Shown in pieces: positions 1 to 64,000 of a stretch of DNA of 64,000 bases; the stretch's first letter is position 1, and each line of letters begins with the position of its first letter. The stretch comes from the human T2T-CHM13v2.0 reference genome, Homo sapiens. The stretch lies in assembly GCF_009914755.1 (NCBI RefSeq), contig NC_060943.1. One strand, 5' to 3'. The position numbers were made by a program, and so were the translations under genes. Under the pieces are notes generated by a model, which did not search any database, was not told the DNA's origin, and saw nothing but the letters and a program-made list of their open reading frames with translations.

Positions 1-572
<572 letters not shown>

Positions 573-1250
573 AATATGTTTTTATTATTCATTTCTAGAA
601 GCTGTTCTGTTTTGGTCTTTTTCAGCCCTGCTTGGTTAATCTTTATAATTTCTGGTTGGCTGCACACTTTTAATCTTGTCAAAATTATCTTTTAGTTCTT
701 CAAACATATTGAATGTAGTTATTTTATATTCTGTCTGATAATTCCAATTTGGGTTTTTTTATTTTGTTTTTGGTTTGTCTGTCTGTTTGTTTTGAGACAC
801 AGTCTCATATGTTGGCCAGAGTAGACTTGAACTGCTGGTCTCTAGCAGTCCTCCTGCCTCAGCCTCCCAAGTAGCTGGGACTACAGGCATGCGCCACCTC
901 CCCTGATTTAATAATTCCAGTATTTAAAGTCTTGCTAGACTCTGTTGCTTCTGCTGCTTCTTGCTGATGGTACCTCGTTTTCTTTTGTGCTTAGTCATGT
1001 TTGATTGAGTTCCACATTTCCCTTGGAAGTTTATTTGAGGGTATGTGTTAAGGCCTAGGCTGAAGGTGGGACATGGATGATATATGGTAGCATTTTGTGT
1101 CCTTTTTTTTTCTTGTTTATTTTTAGCATAGAAGGTATTGCACGATACCTGTTTATCTTTAACTTACTTTTTTTTTTTCCATGAAAATGCAACAGTAAGT
1201 CATAGTGCTGTCATTGAGTCATCCTTTGCCTTGTCCTCTGGGAACTGTAG

Positions 1251-24846
<23,596 letters not shown>

Positions 24847-24903
24847 GGGCGCAGCCCCTCCACCGCAGCCCTGCTGCTTCTGAGGACTTAGGTATTTTAA
24901 GCG

Positions 24904-24909
24904 AATAAA
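24904..24909 (+). terminator. WDR62: WDR62 polyadenylation signal AATAAA
   Basis: AATAAA 57 nt after the stop, GU-rich element (tggtgtctgtttggg) downstream. Confidence 0.9.
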
Positions 24910-25384
24910 CTGACAGCTTTGAGGAATGGTTCCTGGTGTCTGTTTGGGCCTATCCACAAAGCCCTCTTCAAGTGGAAGTGGGGAGGGAGGGTAGAAGGTG
25001 ATGCCCAGAGGACTCGTGTCTGTCAGTGGAGAGCATGGGACCAGCGCTCCCAAGAAGTTCAGGAACTGCAGCCATGACCTCAGGGCCAGTCCTCCCACAC
25101 TGCCCACAGAGCTGCCACAGACCAGTGTGAGGTGCTTACCCAGTGGGGCCCATTTGTGCCCCAGGGAGGAGCCAGACCCTCTTACCTGCCCCCTGCCAGT
25201 GCCTGAGAACTCACTGGGGCTGCTGTGATCACCATGTGCCTACCTTGCCCAGCAGTCCACGCTTTGCCATATCATGGCTCAGGGCCTCTGGGCCAAGGCC
25301 ACACTAGATCCCACAAAGTCCACGGTGGTGGTGTCCCCATCTGCAACAGGGGAAACTGAGGACCCATGAACAGGCTTGCCCAAG

Positions 25385-26200
<816 letters not shown>

Positions 26201-28387
26201 TCCTGCCAGTTCCCACCCAGGTGCCGGGCACTGTAGCAGAAGGAACATCAGGCAACGCACCTGCCCTCATGGCCACTCACCTTCTATACAGTCAAACAGA
26301 TGCAGGAATTAGAGCTCTGTATAATTCTAGATAGGTTGGGGAGATCCATTGCTGGTGAAGGGTCAGGGAAGGCCTTTCGAGGTGACATTTGGGCTGAAGC
26401 TTGATAGAGGACATCTCAGGAACACATCCAGGCCGACAGCACAGCCAGTGCACAGGCCTGGGGCAGCCACACGTGATCTGTGTGGAAGCAAGAGGAGCGA
26501 AGCCCGGACGGCTGGAATGGAGTGAGCAAGGGGAGGGCAGGAGCTGAGGTGCAAGGAGGAGCAGGGCCTTGTTGCTTCATAACATTTAAGTCCAAGGAAT
26601 ATCCAGAACAGTTTTTTGTTTTTGGGTTTGTTTCTAAATCTCTGCTCTTAATGTTTGGGGGATATCCAGTGTTGCTTATTTCTCACGACTCTGCCTCAGG
26701 GAGTCCAGGTGGTCCAGAACTTGAACCACCTGCCTAGGCCTAGGCCCATCTGCCTAGTTCGGCCACCATTGCCCAAAACCTTGCCCAACATCCCTGGGCA
26801 AAGCTTGGTGTTCAGCCCCCCAGGCCTCGGACACCCAGGAGACCACCTTGGGCCTCTGTCATGCATGGAATTACCCTTCCTTCCAACCTGTATCATAGTA
26901 AAGTCTTCTGCTCCAAGGAGTAAACACCTGGCTTTCAGGGCCCAAGATGGAGGGACGTTGGTTACCCTTGATGTCATCATGCACCTGGCCTCTTCCTCTC
27001 CTGCTCTGTTATCCTCTGTGAGCAAGCTTCAGTCTCCAGCTTATGGCCTCATGGTTGCAACACGGCTGCTGTGGCACCCAGCAGCACACCCTCAGGTGGT
27101 GTCTCCATTTTGCAATTGTTGGCTTTCCTGCAGCCCTGACTGAGGTGCCTGGCATAGGCCTGGAAGCGCAGGAGCTAGAAGCTGCCCCGATAGTACTGCT
27201 ATGGGGAGGCTGAGGTTAGATGTGGAGTGCAGGGGGCTCACAGAGGGTGACAGCAGGAGAGGAAGAGGCCAGGTGCACAATGACATGAGGGTCAGAGGCC
27301 CAAGTTATTGGTCCCAGCTGCTGGGTGGCCTGGTCCAACCAGGAGCAAAGGCACAGAGCAGGGCACCCTCTAGGGCAGCAGAAAAGATGCAGATCTCTCC
27401 CAGGGGTCTCCCTGGGAGACTCATCTGGGGTCAGATGAGTCCCAGGCAACAGGAATGGAGATTGCTTTGATGTGCTTGGACCATCTCTCCTGTCCTGGGC
27501 ATGTTGCAGCTCAAACAAAGAGGTTCTCTCAATAAGAAAGGCAAGTGGGCTGGTAATCAGAGAGGATCCAGCATGTCTGCCACTTCCCTCTTCCAAATGC
27601 CAGGCTCTGTCCTGGAAGGACCATACTTTCTCCATACTTCTTAACCAGGATAAACCACCTGGTTAAGAAGCCACTGCTGGTGGTGCAGCATGTGTGCATG
27701 TGGTTTGTGAGCTGACAGGGTCCCAGCAGAAAGATGACAGCATGCTTAGATGGGATATTCCAAAGAGTTTAACCAAGGGATCATTTGCAAAGGAGCAGCA
27801 GGGACTGGGAAACCACCGAGGCTGGTGCAGAACCCCAGGACTGGCACCCTGGGAGCTGTTACCACCCCCAGGCCACAAGGCACAAAGAGAAGGAACAAGA
27901 ACCCAAAAGAGCAAATCCCAGGGAGAGGGTAGTGCTGAGGGAGCTGCAGCCCTGACTCCCACACAGGACGGAGTGAGAATCAACACCCTGACCTTACTCC
28001 CCTCCTGCAGGGCACCCCATTGTCCAAATCCTACTGGAAGCCAGAGTGCATAGAAGCCCAGGTGACCCCGCCTCCAGTCAACCTCCTAGGCCATGGAGCA
28101 GGGCAGAACAGGACTGAGAGGGTTCCTGGGGAACTGGGTCCCTGGAAGGAAAACAGTTCATCTTTCACTGCAACTCCCCCCCTGCTTCTACCCCCACATC
28201 TACCCTTGGCCTCCCCATAGCAGTACCATCAGGACAGCTCCTGGGTCCTGAGCTGCCAGGCCCGTGCCAGGCATCCCAGTCAGGGCTGCAGGAAAGCCAA
28301 CAATTGCAAAATGGAGACACCACCTGAAACCCCATTTTGCAGATGACCCACCTGAGGCCTGGATGTTTGCCCAGAGGAGGGATTCCT

Positions 28388-30369
<1,982 letters not shown>

Positions 30370-30912
30370 CTAGGGGCTAGATTATTAACAAACTAGTATT
30401 TTAGTGCCTGCTACACCTGAACAGTGCTTCTGGCTGAATGTTAGCCCTGGGAATCTGAAGATCAGAGAGGTGGGGCATCCTACCTGAGGATGCACAGCCT
30501 GGATCCTCATTTTGCCCTGATTTATCCAGATCTGCTGTCCTCCCTGCACCCTACAGAGCAGGGCAATCACAGCAGGGGGCCCCTTCAGTGTCCTCAGACA
30601 GCTGCTGTGATTTGAATAACCAGGCAGGCTGCTGGATGTCCCCTGGTGACTGATTTGCCTGGCAAACAGACCCTCAACCCCTGGGAGACAGTCCCCCTGG
30701 GGCCTTGTTTCTTCTTCCTATCCTCAAAAGCTCCCCAGGCCCATCTCCCCTTGCCTGGCTCTGCTTGGTGGTCCTAGTGCTTGTCCACCCCTGGAGGCTG
30801 GATGGTTCCCTCCAAAACCTGGGAGAAGATGGGCAGGTCCCCAGGCAGGGGTAACCTGAGCCAGCTTAGTCCACTCCCAGGGCCAGCCAGGAAATTTGCA
30901 TGAAGAGAATGA

Positions 30913-33479
<2,567 letters not shown>

Positions 33480-33510
33480 TACGGTGTGCCAGCGTCCTCC
33501 CCACGAGGCA

Positions 33511-33516
33511 AATAAA
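33511..33516 (+). terminator. OVOL3: OVOL3 polyadenylation signal AATAAA
   Basis: AATAAA 31 nt after the stop. Confidence 0.85.
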
Positions 33517-33545
33517 CACAGAAAACTCACGCATGGAATCTGGTG

Positions 33546-33551
33546 TTTATT
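33546..33551 (-). terminator. POLR2I: POLR2I polyadenylation signal AATAAA
   Basis: tttatt on + strand, 21 nt past the POLR2I stop. Confidence 0.88.
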
Positions 33552-33572
33552 ACACTCGGGGGAGAGAGGAGG

Positions 33573-45599
<12,027 letters not shown>

Positions 45600-45737
45600 C
45601 ACCTAAGGAATTCCCCTGCTTCAGCTCCTAGCTCAGCCACTGACTGCCCCTCCTGTGTGTGCCCATGGCCCTTTTCTCCTGACCCCATTTTAATTTTATT
45701 CATTTTTTCCTTTGCCATTGATTTTTGAGACTCATGC

Positions 45738-45743
45738 ATTAAA
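45738..45743 (+). terminator. TBCB: TBCB polyadenylation signal ATTAAA
   Basis: ATTAAA 138 nt after the stop, preceded by U-rich sequence. Confidence 0.75.
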
Positions 45744-45957
45744 TTCACTAGAAACCCAGAAAGTATTTAGAGGACTTCATGATTTGGGGACCCACTGGGT
45801 AAATAGTGGCCCTTCGGTATCAGGGGCCAGCCTCTGTCTCCTCATATCTTGCTGTTCCCCCATCTTCTCATCATTCCCACCTCATCTGCTGTAGCTACCA
45901 GGAAGAAAGGGAAGGGAAGGGAGGGGATATCCTTTGCCTTTAAAAATGATGTACAGC

Positions 45958-47451
<1,494 letters not shown>

Positions 47452-47559
47452 GCCGTGACACCAGCACGTGGCGTGTCACATTATTAAGGATTATACAGCC
47501 AACAGTTACTGGGCTGGTTTCCTTTAATCCTCACAGCAGGCCCTGTCCGCAAGTCTTTC

Positions 47560-48244
47560 ACCGTTTCCCGTCAACACTCCACCTTTCCTGCCCAAAGTTT
47601 GGGGTTGGGAGGGAATTCCCAGGGGTTCCCAGGACTTGGGCTCGCCTCCCAGATCCCGCAACCTTTGCGTGCCTAGCCTCGGCAATGACCGCCCATCTGC
47701 CACGAGGGGGCGGCAGCGCACCGTTCAGACGCTGCGCCCCTGGTGCATTATGGGTCGCGTAGTCTCAAAGGTGGCATAAGCATCCTGGAACGCAAACGGC
47801 ATTTCCCAGAAAACTACGCGACAATCTGAGCCTGGTCTTGCCCAGAGCTGGAAGCTGAGGTCTCGCCCCTGCCGGCGTTGCGGGGGATTGTGGGATGTAG
47901 GCATTTGGCTCCGCGCTCCGCGAAGGGCGGTGCAGCGCAGGCGCGGGCATCCGGTACAGACAGCCGAGCTTAATCTGAGGCGGGGAACCAGCGTCCCGGG
48001 GGAGGCGCCGAAGCTGACTTTCTGGCCGCAGTGGAAGTGAGGCGAGCGAGCTCCCTTAGTGGCTGGAGCCGGCTGGGCCTCCTTCCTGTCCTCCTGCTTT
48101 CCTGCATCTCTACTTGTCCCTTTCCCCGGGCTCCTGGTCCGCTCCCAAGCCTGTTCAAGCACGAGGCGTTTCCATCTAAAAAAAGAAAAGAAATCTCTTT
48201 TGCCGGGCGAGATGTCAGAGCCCCGGGAGCGAAAGTGTTGGTAA
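47560..48244. promoter_or_regulatory. Orphan CpG-rich promoter-like element with ZNF143-like motifs
   Basis: Local CpG enrichment between Alu clusters; ACTACGCGACCCATAATGCA (-, 47744-47763), GGCATTTCCCAGAAA near 47798-47812, CTACATCCCACAATCC (-, 47885-47900). Confidence 0.7.
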
Positions 48245-59180
<10,936 letters not shown>

Positions 59181-59329
59181 TGTAAAAACAATAATATTTT
59201 TTAAGTAAATAAAGAAACCAGGCCGTGGCCAAAGGAATCTTCCTGTGTCTGGGGCCTTCTTTAGAGGCTAGCATACTGAGGACACTCTTTGGGCCAGTCC
59301 AGGAAGGAATGATTCTGGTGGCCCCTGAC

Positions 59330-59973
59330 TGGGGCGGGGGCGTGGTAAGGTTCGCCTGGGAGGCGGCGCAGGCGCTGCCTGCGGTTTGACTGCCATCCGG
59401 GCTGCTGCAGGCACTGGGAAAGGCAATCCAGCCTCAATCCTCGCCACAGACACGGGCGACTGTCCCCCAGCGTGTGAGTCAAACCATACTCCAGGCCTCC
59501 AGGAGGTGTTTGTCGCGACAACACCTGCAGAGGGCCCGTGCGGAGTCCCTTAGTGAGCGGACCGAAAACCGCCACCCTGGAAGGATATTGGCATGCCCTA
59601 GGGTGAAAATTCACACTACGACACTCGGGGGGTGGGTCCCCTCCGAGTTCTCGTCCGCGGGTGCCTCCACCCAGACCTGAGGGGTGTCGGGAAGACCCCC
59701 GCCTACCGAGTCAGGGCGGGATTAAGACCTCCGGCGCTGGAAACGCGTAGGGCGGGGCCCAGACCTGGATCCAGCTAGCCGGGCGGTGTGGGGTGCGCAT
59801 GCGCAATGTCCGCTTCGGCTCTAGGACCGCGCGGGCGACAGCAGGGCCGCGGTGCAGTGTCCGACCCGAGAGTTGCGGCCTGAGTCACCGGCCCCGCCCT
59901 CCGGAGCCGGACGCTGCGGGAGGCCCGGGAGCGGCAGTGGAACCGACTCCCAGAACTCCGGACGTGTGCGGCG
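59330..59973 (+). promoter_or_regulatory. CAPNS1: CAPNS1 CpG-island promoter and non-coding exon 1 (donor GCG|GTAAGC after 59973)
   Basis: Perfect NRF1 palindrome TGCGCATGCGCA 59794-59805, AP-1 TGAGTCA at 59475 and 59881, several GC boxes, strong donor. Confidence 0.85.
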
Positions 59974-60827
59974 GTAAGCGCCCGGCCCGTACCCCCTCCG
60001 CACCCCGCAACTCCGACTTTGGCGGCCCCCAGACCCGGCGAAACCGTGAAGTCTCGGCCTCAGGAGCCCCCCAGATCCATGGTCTCAGATTCGAACCCTC
60101 AGACCTGTTCGATCTCCTTTTATGCCGTCCCGGGGACCCTTCTCCACCCTCTGTCTCATGATCCAAAATACAGGCCCATAGGTTTCAGAGATACCCTGTG
60201 AATTCTTCCTTGGGGTGTCCTGAACCGCGATCGTAGATCTGTGCCCCCAGTTCCAGCGGGGAACCCCATTGTCCGGGAACCCAGAGCTCACAGCCACGAT
60301 CTTAGACCCGAGCCCACAGAGCCAGAGGTGACACTGGAATCCTGCCGCTGGGAATACCTAAATTCTCAAGCCCACATTTGGGATTTCCTAAACCCCGCCC
60401 TGGGGCCCTTTAGGCCGTGGATGTTTGCTCCGCGCCCATGACCTGCCAAGGACCTCTACATTCAGGCTGGGCTCTGGATCTCACATTCTAGCGCCCAGAC
60501 ATGTCGGGAACGCCTTACGCCAACTTGGGGTCCCCACCAAGAGAACCCCCACCAGATCTGCACCCTCCCCTTCACGCGTGCACCCAGTCCAGGCTCCCTC
60601 AAGCCCCACGGGTGCCTTTTAGACCTGAGGAGGTTGCAAACCTGATCCCCCATACCTGCCCCACCCATCCGCGGACAACCCGCCCTCGCAAACTCAGACC
60701 CCCACCCGGAGGCTTCAGATTCCTCCCAGGTCCAGCTGCCGGAAATGCGTGTTTGAAGGGAGGGTGTGGGCTCAGGGGCGAAGCACCCACTGGTCCCCTT
60801 TTTTCCCCCCAGCAGTGAGTCGCAGCC

Positions 60828-60938
60828 ATGTTCCTGGTTAACTCGTTCTTGAAGGGCGGCGGCGGCGGCGGCGGGGGAGGCGGGGGCCTGGGTGGGGGCC
60901 TGGGAAATGTGCTTGGAGGCCTGATCAGCGGGGCCGGG

Positions 60939-60972
<34 letters not shown>

Positions 60973-61036
60973 GTGGAGGCGGCGGTGGCGGTGGAACGGC
61001 CATGCGCATCCTAGGCGGAGTCATCAGCGCCATCAG
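60828..61036 (+). CDS. CAPNS1: CAPNS1 exon 2 coding part (poly-Gly domain)
   Basis: CAGCAG acceptor at 60812/60815, gccATG, |gtaagg. Confidence 0.96.
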
Positions 61037-62944
61037 GTAAGGCGGAGACTATCAGAGGGGCGGGGCCTGGGAATGGGAGGAGCCTCAGTGAGGCGTGGTC
61101 TGGGAGGGGCGTGGTCTAAAAATAGAATAGGATTAACCTGGAGGCTAACCTGGGTACATGAATTAGGCCGGGGAGGCCTGGTTTGAGAGTTCTGCTGTAA
61201 GGGGGTGGACCCCAGTGAGGCGGATATCAGTCATTGGGGGCGGTGCTTGATATGGGAGTAGTCTGATTGTGTGGGACCAGGACAATGTGGTCCTGAGGGG
61301 ACTGATGTGGAGTTTTGGCGGGTGGGGCTTATGGGTCTGGGCTCAGCCTGCATTGGCTAACCTGGAGATGAACGTTAAAGGTGCGGAGCCAATGCGTCTG
61401 AGTGACATTTTACGGAAGGGGCTTGACTTATGAGTGTGGTCAGAGGTTTTAGGTGGGTTAATGAGGAGGTGAGCCCAGGAGGAAGCAAGACCTAATGGGG
61501 TAGGGTAAATGGCCCAGAATGGGCTGGGCTTGCTGGGAACTGGCTGGATTAATGGAGAAAAATGCCCTGGTAGGGATAGGGCAGGTTGGCTTAATTAGCC
61601 ACGGCCACTTAGCAGTGATCCCTTGAAGGGGCGGGGACCAATGGCTGGGGTAGGATGTTGGGAAGACGGGCATTTAGGAAGCGGGCCATGGAGTAGGGTC
61701 TTGGGCAGATGGCACCTGAGGAGGATAAGGCCTTGGGAAGCTGGGGCAGAGCCTCTATGAAGTGAGCCCTCCAAGGGGCGGGGTCTTTTGATTCTACGTG
61801 GGATTTTTTAGGTTTAGGGTGGCCAAGATGACTGAAATCTGCCACTGGGTAGGTGTGCCTGGCAGGAGGGGAGCCTCCCAGGGGACCGGTCTCTGGGTTT
61901 CCTCGAGGGTGGGGTTGGCCTGAGGAAGGGAGAAGAGGGGCACGACCAGGGCAGTGTGGATTGGGACAGATGAGGACAAGAACAAATGAAAGGCACAGCA
62001 ACCAAGTAAGGAAGATAACGGCTGGGGTCTGGAGCGTTGGGGCTGATGGTTCTGTAGTGCTGCCCGTTGGAGGCCCCGCCCCTGGCACTAACCCCTCCCC
62101 CTTATCTCTTCGCAGCGAGGCGGCTGCGCAGTACAACCCGGAGCCCCCGGTAAGCCCCCTCTGCAACCAGACCCCCTTCTCCTGCCAAGGCCTCTTCGAG
62201 GTCCCATCCCTGTTCCTGTAGAGAAGCCCCACCTTCCTCCCCTTCTTGTGAAATTCCTCTGCCAGTTCCTCCCATGCCGTGTCTGCAGCTTCGCCATGGG
62301 TCTTAGCCATGCCCCACATACGTGCACCCCATTCACTACCACCCCTCATTCTTTTCCTCATCAAGCTGCCCAGCCCACTCTGACTTCCCCACCCAGGGTA
62401 CCTGGGTTTGGGGAGCCGTCCTGGCCGGGTTCCCCTCCCCCTGCTCTGAGCTCTCCTCCCTTTGCAGCCCCCACGCACACATTACTCCAACATTGAGGCC
62501 AACGAGAGTGAGGAGGTCCGGCAGTTCCGGAGACTCTTTGCCCAGCTGGCTGGAGATGTAAGTAACCTGGGGTCCCTGGCCCCGTCCTAACCGTTCCATC
62601 CCTTCCCTTGTGGCTGCCCTTGCACACACACCCTTGACCATGACAATCCCAGTGTTCCCATTCTCCATGACATTCTCAGACCCCTTTCAGTCACCCCTGA
62701 CCTGCCCCTAACTTCCGCCCGCAGGACATGGAGGTCAGCGCCACAGAACTCATGAACATTCTCAATAAGGTTGTGACACGACGTAAGTGACCGGGGTTAA
62801 GGAATAGGGTAGATTCAGAGGCAGAGGGGTCAGAGAGGATTTGACCTCTGGCCTCTGACTTTCAACCTGTTACCCACAGACCCTGATCTGAAGACTGATG
62901 GTTTTGGCATTGACACATGTCGCAGCATGGTGGCCGTGATGGAT
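60828..62944 (+). CDS. CAPNS1: CAPNS1, calpain small subunit 1, first five coding exons (152 aa); gene continues beyond the window
   Basis: MFLVNSFLK-G11-...-G20-TAMRILGGVISAISEAAAQYNPEPPPPRTHYSN...RSMVAVMD: Gly-rich domain V plus start of the penta-EF-hand domain. Confidence 0.98.
60855..60995 (+). repeat. CAPNS1: Coding GGN repeats: Gly11 (60855-60887) and Gly20 (60936-60995) with a pure (GGC)10 core
   Basis: Read directly. Confidence 0.95.
62116..62149 (+). CDS. CAPNS1: CAPNS1 exon 3 (EAAAQYNPEPP)
   Basis: cag|, |gtaagc, 34 nt. Confidence 0.95.
62468..62557 (+). CDS. CAPNS1: CAPNS1 exon 4 (PPRTHYSN...LAGD)
   Basis: cag|, |gtaagt, 90 nt. Confidence 0.95.
62725..62782 (+). CDS. CAPNS1: CAPNS1 exon 5 (DMEVSATELMNILNKVVTR)
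   Basis: cag|, |gtaagt, 58 nt. Confidence 0.95.
62880..62944 (+). CDS. CAPNS1: CAPNS1 exon 6 (HPDLKTDGFGIDTCRSMVAVMD)
   Basis: cag|, U12-type |gtatcctt donor, 65 nt. Confidence 0.93.
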
Positions 62945-63262
62945 GTATCCTTGGGGGCAGTGTGGGAGAGGCCCTGGGTGGACAGAGAGTTTTTTGAGAG
63001 TATGTTTGGGAAGCCAACATGTAGCTTTCATATCCACAGATGTGGAAATGCATTCATCAGAACACAGTCACCTGCAGACATGTGGCGGTAAATCATAACA
63101 ATGCCAGCTGTCACAGCTGGCACTTTAATTATATAAAGTGACCGAACCGTCATAACCACCCTGTTGGACAGGCACAATTATTATATTCCATTTTACAGAA
63201 GAGGAAACTGAGGCTCAGTTTCCTGAAAGAAGCAGTCATTTGTCTCAAGTTATAGATAAAGG

Positions 63263-64000
<738 letters not shown>

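Noticed and set aside
61609-62478. 289-aa antisense ORF in CAPNS1
   Set aside because: Non-ATG start, no domain, spans introns and exons without splice logic.

Overview
Human genomic DNA from chr19q13.12, recognised from the encoded proteins. It is GC-rich, gene-dense and saturated with Alu elements. Five protein-coding genes were reconstructed exon by exon from splice sites and frame continuity: the last 23 coding exons of WDR62 (+, 1251-24846), all of OVOL3 (+, 31021-33479, 190 aa), POLR2I (-, 33573-34674, 125 aa) and TBCB (+, 35379-45599, 244 aa), and the 5' part of CAPNS1 (+, CDS from 60828, running off the window). POLR2I and TBCB share a bidirectional CpG promoter; OVOL3 and POLR2I end tail-to-tail. 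Most long ORFs in the track are Alu or GC-rich artefacts. I cannot demonstrate a new biological system. Best leads: (1) an orphan CpG promoter with ZNF143-like motifs at about 47.6-48.2 kb whose apparent first splice donor was split by an LTR10-like solo LTR; (2) a multi-template insertion inside an intronic Alu that copies sequence from 4.5 kb upstream; (3) a GC-AG intron in WDR62, a U12-type donor in CAPNS1 and several stop-free 3n introns. WDR62 exon and codon numbers assume the 1523-aa isoform as recalled; repeat family names and repeat boundaries are by eye and approximate.
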